Assembly (NCBI GenBank): GCA_965178125.1
Contig: OZ237748.1
Coordinates: 682,001 to 746,000 of the forward strand
Direction: 5' to 3'
Source of the DNA: Bilabrum cf. latius
Lineage: Eukaryota
Length of the DNA: 64,000 nt
Shown here one piece after another: positions 18,162 through 30,702 of the stretch (position 1 is its first letter; every line of letters begins with the position of its first letter). The notes under the pieces are model-generated. The model saw nothing but the letters and a program-made list of their open reading frames with translations, was not told the DNA's origin and did not search any database. Position numbers and translations under genes: made by a program.

Positions 18162-18414
18162 GAGGCAGGCAGGGGGACGGCAATTGAGGTCAGTGGCAGC
18201 TGGGCCAGCTTGTGAGAGGAGTTTGCCAAAGTGTCTGCCATTGACCCATTCGGACGCAGCATTAGGAGCCGGGAGGCATTCTGTTGAGTCTTGACGTGTC
18301 AACCAGTTAATACCTTAGATCAAAGCAATCCACACAGCAAATACAACTGTCATGTACACCATACCCATTCTACAATTGACAGATAAACCATGCATATTGA
18401 ATAAACATGCAAAT

Positions 18415-19334
18415 CTTCATACACCCATATCGGCGCCGCGCGGCCAGAACGGAACCTGGGGAACATTTGGCCCATGTTGTGCTCCCAGGCCGTCCCGATG
18501 CAGTTTGAACGGTCTTCATATCACCTGTAGTTGCCGAGATCGTAGCACGTCGTTTTTCGGTGTGAAATTCTTCATACACCCATATCGGCGCCGCGCGGCC
18601 AGAACGGAACCTGGGGAACATTTGGCCCATGTTGTGCCCCCAGGCCGTCCCGATGCAGTTTGAACGGTCTTCATATCACCTGTAGTTGCCGAGATCGTAG
18701 CACGTCGTTTTTCGGTGTGAAATTCTTCATACACCCATATCGGCGCCGCGCGGCCAGAACGGAACCTGGGGAACATTTGGCCCATGTTGTGCCCCCAGGC
18801 CGTCCCGATGCAGTTTGAACGGTCTTCATATCACCTGTAGTTGCCGAGATCGTAGCACGTCGTTTTTCGGTGTGAAATTCTTCATACACCCATATCGGCG
18901 CCGCGCGGCCAGAACGGAACCTGGGGAACATTTGGCCCATGTTGTGCCCCCAGGCCGTCCCGATGCAGTTTGAACGGTCTTCATATCACCTGTAGTTGCC
19001 GAGATCGTAGCACGTCGTTTTTCGGTGTGAAATTCTTCATACACCCATATCGGCGCCGCGCGGCCAGAACGGAACCTGGGGAACATTTGGCCCATGTTGT
19101 GCCCCCAGGCCGTCCCGATGCAGTTTGAACGGTCTTCATATCACCTGTAGTTGCCGAGATCGTAGCACGTCGTTTTTCGGTGTGAAATTCTTCATACACC
19201 CATATCGGCGCCACGCGGCCAGAACGGAACCTGGGGAACATTTGGCCCATGTTGTGCCCCCAGGCCGTCCCGATGCAGTTTGAACGGTCTTCATATCACC
19301 TGTAGTTACCGAGATCATAGCACGTCGTTTTTCG
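18415..19334. repeat. 155-bp tandem repeat, about 6 near-identical copies
   Basis: Unit CTTCATACACCCATATCGG...GGTGTGAAATT; 155-bp periodicity is also visible in the ORF track. Confidence 0.95.
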
Positions 19335-19394
19335 ACAAATATTGAAGATGAAAATATTTTTTCCCCGACCCTGTCCCTGACTTTATATTAGATA

Positions 19395-20292
19395 CCCTAA
19401 CCCTAACCCTAACCCTAACCCTAACCCTAACCCTAACCCTAACCCTAACCCTAACCCTAACCCTAACCCTAACCCTAACCCTAACCCTAACCCTAACCCT
19501 AACCCTAACCCTAACCCTAACCCTAACCCTAACCCTAACCCTAACCCTAACCCTAACCCTAACCCTAACCCTAACCCTAACCCTAACCCTAACCCTAACC
19601 CTAACCCTAACCCTAACCCTAACCCTAACCCTAACCCTAACCCTAACCCTAACCCTAACCCTAACCCTAACCCTAACCCTAACCCTAACCCTAACCCTAA
19701 CCCTAACCCTAACCCTAACCCTAACCCTAACCCTAACCCTAACCCTAACCCTAACCCTAACCCTAACCCTAACCCTAACCCTAACCCTAACCCTAACCCT
19801 AACCCTAACCCTAACCCTAACCCTAACCCTAACCCTAACCCTAACCCTAACCCTAACCCTAACCCTAACCCTAACCCTAACCCTAACCCTAACCCTAACC
19901 CTAACCCTAACCCTAACCCTAACCCTAACCCTAACCCTAACCCTAACCCTAACCCTAACCCTAACCCTAACCCTAACCCTAACCCTAACCCTAACCCTAA
20001 CCCTAACCCTAACCCTAACCCTAACCCTAACCCTAACCCTAACCCTAACCCTAACCCTAACCCTAACCCTAACCCTAACCCTAACCCTAACCCTAACCCT
20101 AACCCTAACCCTAACCCTAACCCTAACCCTAACCCTAACCCTAACCCTAACCCTAACCCTAACCCTAACCCTAACCCTAACCCTAACCCTAACCCTAACC
20201 CTAACCCTAACCCTAACCCTAACCCTAACCCTAACCCTAACCCTAACCCTAACCCTAACCCTAACCCTAACCCTAACCCTAACCCTAACCTA
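19395..20292. repeat. Telomeric repeat (CCCTAA)n, about 150 copies
   Basis: Perfect TTAGGG-type array. Confidence 0.98.
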
Positions 20293-20507
20293 CCCCCCAA
20301 CCCCCCTGGCTGCTGGAACGCCTGGAGCAGCGCATGGCCTACATCACAGGAGTCCTGGATGCCCGCCAAGCGGCCGCAGCAGCACAAGCTGAGGGCGAGG
20401 AGCATTGAAATGCCTAAGTTCAAAGTAATCCTCACTGCCAATCGAACCATGTATATCACTGATTCACTCTTCTGATCCAACCCTAAACCTCAATAAAAAA
20501 ACCCTAA

Positions 20508-21626
20508 GATCCACATACAACCCAAACAGGCCCGCTCACACAGCCCCTGAGTACCCGTCCTGGCGCCCACCTGCCAACCCTAGACCTCCGTGTATCTCGC
20601 TTAATATTGAGAAATCGACCCTAGGCAAAATTTTTACGGATATCTACGCATCGAGACGCGTCGGATGGGGCCTGACAATATCGACTCCGGATTGACCCCT
20701 TGGCGAAACCGCTCGCACAAGCCATTTCAAGCCGCCTGCGGAACCGGCGCCGCCGAAGCACTGACAGGGCACACGAGCGGTGCATTCCACATTGTTGGCC
20801 ACAGGGAACAACCACATACACACATGCATGGTCCAATCGATCCACATACAACCCAAACAGGCCCGCTCACACAGCCCCTGAGTACCCGTCCTGGCGCCCA
20901 CCTGCCAACCCTAGACCTCCGCGTATCTCGCTTAATATTGAGAAATCGACCCTAGGCAAAATTTTTACGGATATCTACGCATCGAGACGCGTCGGATGGG
21001 GCCTGACAATATCGACTCCGGATCGACCCCTTGGCGAAACCGCTCGCACAAGCCATTTCAAGCCGCCTGCGGAACCGGCGCCGCCGAAGCACTGACAGGG
21101 CACACGAGCGGTGCATTCCACATTGTTGGCCACAGGGAACAACCACATACACGCATGCACACTCCAATCGATCCACATACAACCCAAACAGGCCCGCTCA
21201 CACAGCCCCTGAGTACCCGTCCTGGCGCCCACCTGCCAACCCTAGACCTCCGCGTATCTCGCTTAATATTGAGAAATCGACCCTAGGCAAAATTTTTACG
21301 GATATCTACGCATCGAGACGCGTCAGATGGGGCCTGACAATATCGACTCCGGATCGACCCCTTGGCGAAACCGCTCGCACAAGCCATTTCAAGCCGCCTG
21401 CGGAACCGGCGCCGCCGAAGCACTGACAGGGCACACGAGCGGTGCATTCCACATTGTTGGCCACAGGGAACAACCACATACACGCATGCACACTCCAATC
21501 GATCCACATACAACCCAAACAGGCCCCTGAAATTTGACGCTCCCATGGTGACCCTAGACCTCCGCGTATCTCGCTTAATATTGAGAAATCGACCCTAGGC
21601 AAAAATTTTACGGATATCTACGCATC
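20508..21626. repeat. 331-bp tandem repeat, 3 full copies plus a modified partial copy
   Basis: GATCCACATACAACCC recurs at 20508, 20839, 21170 and 21501; units contain ACCCTAG telomere-variant words. Confidence 0.95.
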
Positions 21627-21714
21627 AAGGGCTATCTAAATATATATAATGTGCGACGGTTTATTTTTTGGTGCAAAAATGGGCGTGCCCCGATCCTAAC
21701 ATGACCCCCAGATA

Positions 21715-21845
21715 CCCTAACCCTAACCCTAACCCTAACCCTAACCCTAACCCTAACCCTAACCCTAACCCTAACCCTAACCCTAACCTAACCCTAAACC
21801 CCTAACCTAAACCCTAAACCCTAACCCTAAACCCTAAAACCCTAG
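21715..21845. repeat. Second telomeric tract (CCCTAA)n degenerating to CCCTAAA/CCTAA variants
   Basis: Seen directly. Variants on the right side are typical of the proximal edge of a telomere. Confidence 0.95.
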
Positions 21846-22291
21846 GCTGTACTGCGACAAGCAGGTCAGGAGTGCGAGAGGTTGATGGGGCCATGGTGGC
21901 TGTGCGGAGACAAGCAGGTCGGGAATGCGGGCGATGGATGGGGCCATGGTGGCTGTGCTGAGACAAGCAGGTCGGGAATGCGGGCGATGGATGGGGCCAT
22001 GGTGGCTGTGCTGAGACAAGCAGGTCGGGAGTGCGGGCGATGGATGGGGCCATGGTGGCTGTGTAAGGAAAAGCAGGTCGGGAATGCGGGCGATGGATGG
22101 GGCCATGGTGGCTGTGCTGGGACAAGCAGGTCGGGAGTGCGGGCGATGGATGGGGCCATGGTGGCTGTGCTGAGACAAGCAGGTCGGGAGTGCGGGCGAT
22201 GGATGGGGTCATGGTGGCTGTGCTGAGACAAGCAGGTCGGGAATGCGGGCGATGGATGGGGCCATGGTGGCTGTGCTAGGACAAGCAGGTT
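21846..22291. repeat. 53-bp subtelomeric minisatellite, about 8 copies
   Basis: Unit GAGACAAGCAGGTCGGGA(G/A)TGCGGGCGATGGATGGGGCCATGGTGGCTGTGCT. Confidence 0.92.
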
Positions 22292-25117
22292 GGGGGGACG
22301 GATGATGGGTTGCCCTTTGACGTTAGAGTTGGTGAGGTCAGCAAGGTTTCTGAGATTGAGGTCGCTCGGTGGGCGCAGGACCCGCTCGAGGTGCAGGTGC
22401 AGATGCGACGTAGCGATACGGAGAAAAGAGAGAGAAATATAGGCTAGTGATGCAGACCAGGAGCGGCGGCGACTCGGGGTGGGCGACGGATGGGAAGGGG
22501 GGGGGGGGGGTGGTGTTGGTGGAGCAGAGAGAGAGGGCGAGGGGTGGGGGGTCGGGGAGCAGAGAGGGCGAGCGGTGGGATGGGGGGGGGGGGGGGGGGG
22601 GGTGGGCAAATCAGAGGGGAGGGGGGGGGGGTGGGCAAATCAGAGGGGAGGGGGCGGCGGTTCACCAAGTGGGGAGGGAGTAGTGGAGGAGAAGATGAGT
22701 GGTGGGGTCATCGGCAGGCCTGTACAACTTATAAAGTATGATATAAGTAGCTCCCACGGCCAAAATCAGCGTATAAGTGGCATTCTTCAACTTGATTTTC
22801 AGGCTAACCAGGAGGTTTTGTGAGTAAATAATAGCAGAAATTCAATATTTAATAGATGAAATATTGTATTGTGCGGTGCTTGCCCCGCAATATGGCGTGG
22901 AAGTCTCGAGAGTGAACTCCACGTAGGCATGCTCCCGAGCCGCGCTCCCGTCACGTGCCTGGGCCCAAACGCTCTGTCACAGGCATCGTGTGCGGCATCG
23001 AATGCCCCCAAGTGCTTCAATTAAGAATTATTGAATCATTTCTGTCCCCCGATTTGTCTTGAGTTGTATTGGTGCAGCAAAAGCTTATATCCTCCAGCGC
23101 CAGTTGGAATTCGGCGGCCGTTCATTTACACCGATGTGGAAGATGGTTACGCCACAGAAGAGACTCCAATATCATTATATCGGCGTTTGTGTGCTCAGTC
23201 GTGTCACTCTCGCCACGTTCGGGCTTGGCTACGGCTGGGACAGCTGATGGCTTCCGTGCCCGTATCTACAGCTCAGGTGGAAGGGACGGTTGCACGGATT
23301 GGAAACGCTCTCGAATGATTACACATGAGTGCGTGCAGGCTAAAAAGGCTAATGAGCGACTAAAGCTAGCAATCCTCGCCATAGCCGACCATGGCGAGAG
23401 CTCACTTACGCGAAGGCATACATCGCCTAGACCTTCAAGGCGATTTTCAGCAGCACGATGAAGGCCGCGGTTGCACACCCAAATGGTGATGATGCAAAGG
23501 GGTGCAACAGGGATGATGAGAGCAGCGACTCCGAGTAGAATGAGCTTGTTCTCGGTGGCGGTCGCCCGTAACGAAGTATGTCTCTCGACACTGTCAAAGA
23601 TAACTGGATCTGCTGATCAAGGTAACTCGGTACGAGCCTTAGGAAGCAGTAGTGTGCCTCTAGGTAGAGCTTGTCTTTCTCCGGCAACTTTAAAGCTTGG
23701 GAACAAGCGCGCCCCGCCCAAATCTACACCTTTTTGTGACCTCGGACTTGGTGACGGCAGCTGTCTACAGATTCCGGGGACGAATACGAAGACGCCGCAG
23801 CGGGGTTCAGGAAGAGCTGTGTCGACGATAAGAATGCCGACCTGTGCGTGGGTAAGGCCGAGCCACCATCATTAGATGACAACCTGAGCGGGGAACGACT
23901 GGGTGAGGGAGGCTGAGGTCGTGGGCTGGTCACAGCGCTTAGGCGAGTCGACAAGTCGCGTGGCATGATTGAGGTGAACGAACGGGAGGTGGATGGAATG
24001 GAGGAAAGGTGGACGGGGTGGACGGGGTGGATAAAGCATGGGGCACAGATAGGGCATGAATGTATGAAGGGACGGTGGGGCCCGGAGGGGTTCCGGATTA
24101 GGATGGGGGTAGGAGAGGATAAAATCTCCCCATCCAGATGCCGTCATCGGAAGGATCGGCAGTCACAGATAAGTCGGACGCGGCGCCACTGCCATTGGCG
24201 ACAAGAGAGCGAGATGGAGGACTCTGAACTGCTGTACACAAAGGCGTGATGCAGAGGTGGTTACTCTCGCGCCAGAGCCGGATCGGGTGCGTCTACAGGA
24301 TGGAACGATGGTGAGACCAACGAGTCTGGCTCAGTTCCTTGAGCTCCATGCCCGGAACGGAACGTGGGAACACACGATCCACGTCGATGCGCTCGCAACG
24401 GTAAAGGAGGGGTATTGGTCTACAAGACGGTCCGATCGTTCAGAGACGTATCTGTTGGGTCTAAGGAGGTCGGCGTCGAGTACGATGGAGGCACTACACG
24501 TCTATTCCTGGGCGCAATTCCAGAGTGCGTGAGATGGCACGCTACATGCGAGATCGACTGGCATTCAGGGGCTGTCGGTAAGACAGGTGGCGTGGTGGAG
24601 AACGTCGGCCAGGAGTCACCAGATCGGCCTCTTAGGCGGCCACAGTGCATATATCTTTGCAATTGAATGCCAGAATACCGGTGGGCAAACACTATAGTGT
24701 ACACAGAACAACGTTTTAGTCACTGTAGAGTCAGGGAACAGTGTCCAAAGATATAAGTGTCCGCAGAGGCCAAAAACAGCACATAGGATGCCTTTATAAG
24801 TTTCCTACTTATAGGTTCGAACTCTGTTTTGACCACATAAGGTGTACAGGCCTGGTCATCGGGTTGATACGGCGGATTGGAAGGGGGAGGCACAGGCCGG
24901 GCAGGTGGGGCTTTGGGCATGTGTGACGAGTGACTCGGGTCAGGGGGATCGGATCACCCAACCACATGCGGATGTGGAAGTTGAGAGGTCACAATTAGAC
25001 GCGAGAGGCAATCAAGCCGCGTGCTATTCGGGCGCTGAGGGGCAGCGCTCGCCAGTTTTCTTGAATGTGAGGATGATGAAGGGCGCCGTGGTAGTGACCT
25101 TTCCTGTATATTTTTAG

Positions 25118-25461
25118 GCTCGGGCAAAAGACAACTTTGCCCAAGCCGAATAATTTTATAATTAAACTGGGTTTGCCTAACCCGACCCCTGGTCGGGCAA
25201 GCAAGTCGAACTGCACACCGGCGGCGATGCCAGCTCTATCTACCAAACAAACAGCCAAACAAATACCCGTGCCCGAGCCGAAAAAAAGAAAACCCTTGGC
25301 TCGGGCGGAGGGCGCCCCTGCCCGAGCCCAACGTTCGGCTCGGGCGCAGGTGCTCGGCACCCGAGCCTAACATTCCGCTCGGGCGCGATCGCTGAAATTG
25401 CGGCAAACCCAGTTTAATTATAAAATTATTCGGCTTGGGCAAAGTTGTCTTTTGCCCGAGC
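25118..25461. mobile_element. Foldback/MITE-like element with perfect 60-bp inverted repeats
   Basis: 25118-25177 is the exact reverse complement of 25402-25461. Many GCTCGGGC/GCCCGAGC sub-repeats inside and just beyond. Confidence 0.6.
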
Positions 25462-25598
25462 GGAACGTTTGGCTCGGGCATCCGATGGCCGTCGTCCCGG
25501 GTTCCGCTGCGGCGCCACTGGCAGCGGGGGACGCACACTGTGGCACTGTGCAAGTCACGATACCCCGCGCTGCAGCAGTGCTATTTGTTGGTACTAGC

Positions 25599-28500
25599 AT
25601 GGCAGCGTATGGGGGCGCGAGCAGTGAGGGTGATATAGACGCCATCAAGCGCGCTATCTAGCACAGGGACCATTCAAACTTTAGAAGGCTGCTTCAATCC
25701 GATTCCATAGCGGGCGATGCATACCCCGAGCTTCTACTTGCCGCATGTAGATGGTCCAATGTTGTAGCAGCACGAGAGATACTGAAGAAGATGAGCTGTG
25801 CAGCGCTGAGATTGGGACACATGCGTGCATGTTGCAGAGCCAAACCTTTCTCAGGGCAAGGGCTCGCTATTGCAAAGGCTATCTTCGAGAAGATATCCAG
25901 CCAAAGCATGCCCGATGATGCTACAGAGTGGATTTTGAGCCATTAAAACTTAGTGCCCGAAACCCTCATGCCATTGCGCTCGTCGAGCTTTGCGTTCACA
26001 ATCAGACATTCGTGGTATTAAGGAGACAGAGTCTGATTCGTTGTTGACGTCAAATGAGATGATAAGCGTCTGTGCGATGAGGATGGCTCTGCGAAGAAGG
26101 AGAACGCCGCAACACCTTGTCCGTAGGTGGGAAGAGGAATTGTAGCGTTAGACATCGTAATCTGATTAACGGAAGAGGCAGGCCACGAAGAGTGGAGGTT
26201 GGCATTTCTCCAGTCAATCGCCTCCATTCGGGGTGGAAGAGCTCAGGACTGACAGATCGTCTTGAATTCTTTTCCCACCCGCCCGGGCCCGGAGAATTCG
26301 TTGTGTGTCTCCGCTGGTGGACAAATCCATCGGTGGATTCAGGCACATGGCGACGGCTCTGTGTTCGATGCCACGAAAACTTGTCAACTGCAATTGAATT
26401 GCGTGGTATAAGCGAGTCGTACAACACCCTTACATACATAGTTGCAATTAATTTCAAGTTGCAGGATAGTTTAGACGCAGGAACGGCATATAAGGCCGTG
26501 AAATGGTACCACGAAGGGGACCATGATGCGCGATCGCAGGCCGCCGTCTTTAATCTGCTGGGGGCCTACAAGGGGGAGAAGCTCCCACTTGAGCAGTATG
26601 ATTTTGCTGAAATCGAGGCAACTGAGTGGCGCAGTGAAATCGGGTCTATCCCTGAGGCGCAGGCAAAAGCGCGGGCTAAAGACTAGCATGTGCCGGCCCT
26701 TTGCCTTGCTGTACGGGCCCAGGACCCCACGCTGTGCTCGCTCTTGCTGCAGCATGGTGCAGATCCCAACGTCAAGATGGCAAGCTGCCCCCCCCCCCGT
26801 GATATGTAACGGATGGAATAGCAGCCGTTCAGCTTAGTATAGGCCCCTGTGGGGGGATTTTGCTCACGGCCAGTACGAAAATGAAAACAAAGGCGACCCG
26901 CAGTACTTGCTCCCCCTTGCTGAGGCCTGGCTTCTCTTTGCCAGAGGCAGCAGCGACAAGGGACTGGCTGTAATCAAAGAGCTGATTCGGGGCGGGGCCG
27001 ATCCATGCTGCATGCAGGAAGTGCTTCATGGCTGGTAGGTGTGGCCTTTGCACGTGCCACGCCCCAGACGTGGAGGAATGTATGCTACCACCGCGGCCCG
27101 CTTTAGGTTTCGCACACCAAAAGACGATGTCCCGGACGATAGGATGACTTAGGGGCGTGTTCCTCTCCTTGCTGCGGCTGTGGCGTGGCTGGGCTTCCAC
27201 GGTCGTCTCAACGACGAGCAGAGCTGCGAGGGCATCCGACTCATGCTGGCCTCGGGGGCGGATCCCATGCAGCGGATTCTCCCGGATGTAGGCATTCCTG
27301 AGAGCTTTGATTGCATGTATAACTATGACGAAGGCGATTCCGACTCGGACGGCGGTTCCGACTCGGACGTTGATCGACCCATTGCCGGAGTTGACATGTT
27401 TACCATGGACAAAGAGCGCTTCCAATCCCGCTTTCGCACCCGACGTATTCGCGACGACGAGAAGGTCTGGGATTCCATGAAGGAGGGTTTTGTCCTCGAT
27501 GGAAGAATTTGCGGACTCGTGCCGGACGACTTTGATGCTGCAGTGCTTAGGCTGGTCAGGGAACACATTTCGAACCCCCCTGATGCGGCCGCTGCAGCGG
27601 GCGGAGTCGCTCTAGTCCAGAGATATCTCTGGCAGAATGGATCAGGGACAGGGACCAGCTGCTCAGGGCACGAACAGCAGCCGAGGAGCAGCTGAAGGAA
27701 AATTAGCAAGCATAGATGGCTCTGCAGCGGCAGAGGCAGGAGTTGGAGCGACTGCAAGAGGCACCGAAACAAGAGAACCCCGAAAACTGCAGCAGGAGCA
27801 GCGCGCGGCAGAAAAGCAACGGGAGCTTGCCGAGCAGCAGCAGCGTTCTTCTGGAGCTGCTGAGAGGAAAGCATAGGCGGCGGTCGCATCAGCTGAGAAG
27901 CGTCTGGCAGAGGCAAATGCCACTTTGAAGCGGGCGCGCTCAGCCGAGACATCCGCAGCCCAGTCGCGCCAGTCGTACGAGAGCCGCAAACAGGCAGAGC
28001 AAGGTGCCCTACAGCGAGCCAGGGAGGCCGAAACTGTGGCTGCAAAGCTGCGAAAGCAAGCAGAGCAGCACGAGGCCCGCACTGGCTAGGCGAGCCGAGA
28101 GGCAGAATCCCTGCGTGCTGGCCTTGCTGCCGACCACGCCTAGGCCAAGGAGGAGACAGCCAGGGCAAAGAAAGCGCAGCAAGAAGCACAAGAGCGAGTG
28201 GAAGCAGCCAGGGCAGCCGAAGCGAAGGCCAGTGCTGCTCAGCGCGAGGCGAAACAGGCTGCCGACAGGGCAAGCAAAGCCGAGAAGGATCTTCGAATCG
28301 CTCACGAGCAGGCCGTGCGCTCCGCAACGAAGGCGAAGCAGGCGGAGTAGGCTGCAGCGACGGACCGAGAAGCGGCCAGGCAGACCCGAGCCGAGGCGGA
28401 GCAGATAAGGCAAAAGCAGCAGCAGGACCAAGCGGTGGCGCAGGCACGCATAGAGCAGCAGCTGAAGCAGGCGGAGGAGACGAGGGCAGCTGCAGCCCGA

Positions 28501-30702
28501 GAGACAGCCGGTCTGCAGTAGGACCGAGAGGCCGCCCGGCGGCAGGCAGCACAGGCAGAGCGCCGGTCAAACCGGGCCCGGGTGCAGCGTCAGCAGCTGG
28601 CAGCCGAGGCCGCCCGGCTCAAGCGAGAGGCCGAGCGCCAGCGGCGCATCGAAGCCCAGAGGCTAGACATTAGCGTACATGCCTCCAGGATGATGCTGGA
28701 CGACGGGGGTAACCCGGTGAAGGTGCATGCATGCAGAACCGTGCTTGCTGATGGAACCGTATCGGAGACGGAATTCCGATTTCGCGCCCTGGAAAAGATG
28801 CGCACTGACTTGGTCCAGCAGCTGGTACGAGAGGCGCCCCCTGCCCCTGGGTCGTAGCTTACTTGGGAAGCGCGGCTGCCACAGGTGCCGCACAGGGCTG
28901 CAGCGCACCGGTTGGCTGTCTGGATGGGAATCGGGCGAGCAGCTCTCAGAACGCCCGCAATGCTGGCGGAGAGACGCCGTCAGATCGAACTGTTCTTACA
29001 CGACCTGGAGGAGTTCGGGCCTAGGGTAAGGAAGGCAGAGCCTTTCCTGAATTTCCTCGGGGTGCAACGATCGGCCCTGCTGCAGTCGGCAGAGCTGGCA
29101 GGAGCTGCGGGGGCGGGCAGCGGCGCGGCTGGCGGGCGCATCGTTGCGTTTCGAAAATACGACCCAACCAAGGTGCAGCTCCTGCGGTCACTTGGCGGGG
29201 GTGCCTTTGGTGACGTATTCGCCGCCACCTCTGCCGAGCTGCCAGGCGTGCGCTTAGCCCTCAAGCGGGCCCGCATCGGGGGCACTGCCAAGCAGCAGGC
29301 AGCAGCACGGAATGCACTCGCTCGAGAGCTGGAGGTGCTGTCAAAAGTCAGCCAGCGCATGCACCCAAACGTCGTGCGAGTGTTCGGGCTGGTGGTTGGC
29401 AAGGACGAGAGAGGCGAGGAGGTGGCTCCCGGGATTCTGATGGAGCACGTGGGTGGAGGTTCTCTCGACAAGGCCATCCGCAGGGGTGTGTACAGCCGCA
29501 TGGATGAGGCATTGAATGCAGCGGCACAGGTGGCGGCGGGGCTTGCGCACCTTCACTCCGCGTGCGAGGTGCTGCATCGGGACCTCAAACCGGAGAATGT
29601 GCTGCTGGCATCGGGTCTCGGTACGGAGGTCAAGCTGACCGACTTTGGAGTGTCAAAGGAGCTTGACATGGTGGATACTGCTGCCGCAACTGGTGCCGGT
29701 GGCACTGCCACCGGCATGCATGGTCCGGCATCGGGAGTGATGTACAGCGGCGGCGTCTCTGCCTACTTCCAGACAGATTGGCGCTATGCCCCGCCCGAGT
29801 CGGTGAATTGCTCCGCTGCAGCCGTGGCTGAGGTGCACGCGCACGCGGTGCAAGCCGAGGGGGGCGTTGCCACCGACGGGGGCCCTGCGGCGGGTGTGCA
29901 TTCTTCTGTGCTTCCATCTTCACGGATCTATGGCCGATCAGGTGATGTTTTTGCGCTAGGGCTGACCCTGCATGAGTTGCTGAACGGGCGGCCAGCGTTC
30001 GCACCCGAGATGGTTACAGTACCAGGATTGCGGGGAGCGGTCGGCTGGGATGCTGACTTCGAGCCTGACCCAGAGGCGTTGGATGAATCCGCTGCAGCCT
30101 CCTCACGGGCAGGAAGGGACTCGCCTGCGCCATCGGGGCCGCACAGAGGCACGCTGTGGGACATCAGCGTCGGCGCATGTGTCCAGAACGCCTCTGATGC
30201 CAAGCAGGCCGCTCAGGACGCCTTGATGCGCGGTACGGAGGCGGTCGGGTCGGTGCAGCAGCGGCTTTAGTTGGCCGCAACGTCGGCTGGCTGGGATGAA
30301 GCGGTGCCTCGTGAGGTAAGAGAACTTGTCTTGGCTTGTCTGCAGCTGCGGCCACAAGACAGGCCCTCTGCCGACATGGTACGGGACAAGTGCTGGGAGC
30401 TGCAGCGGCGAGCGACGGTGGCGGCGGAGCTAGCTGCGGGCGGTCGCCCGTCAGCACCAGACGCATCCGATGCGCATGCGCCGGACAGCGGGAAGCGGCT
30501 AGCTGCTGCTAGACGCGGGGGTGGTGAGGGTCCTCATTTGACTAGGGGGAAGGCGGTGGTGGGGTCCGAGAGAGGAGGCAGTCATGGGGTGGCGGTGAGT
30601 ATTAGGTACCAGGCGACTCACAATCACACACCTGGAGGGCACCAGGCGACTCAAGGAGGTCCAGCTGTGGAGTACCAGCCGATTGACGGGGAGGGAATGT
30701 GA
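25599..30702 (+). CDS. Ankyrin-like repeats + coiled coil + PX-like domain + protein kinase; 5' half frameshifted (pseudogene or assembly errors)
   Basis: 27637-30702 is one frame with TAG only. Kinase motifs GGGAFG, ALK, HRDLKPEN, DFG, YAPPE, DVFALG. PX-like LPQVP...LAERRRQIELFL...FLNFL. Upstream LLLQHGADPNVK, ELIRGGADP, LMLASGADP; frame changes at the C-run 26788-26798 and ~27630-27780. The 5' boundary is uncertain (TAA at 25944). Confidence 0.65.

Noticed and set aside
19383-20480. 365-aa poly(GL) ORF
   Set aside because: Translation of the telomere repeat.
18415-22291. CRISPR array or protein-coding reading of the 155-, 331- and 53-bp repeats
   Set aside because: Head-to-tail identical units without unique spacers and no cas genes; the repeated ORFs are artefacts.
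22740-25100. Short ORFs between the subtelomeric repeats and the foldback element
   Set aside because: No recognisable motifs, and TGA/TAA interruptions remain even with TAG=Gln.
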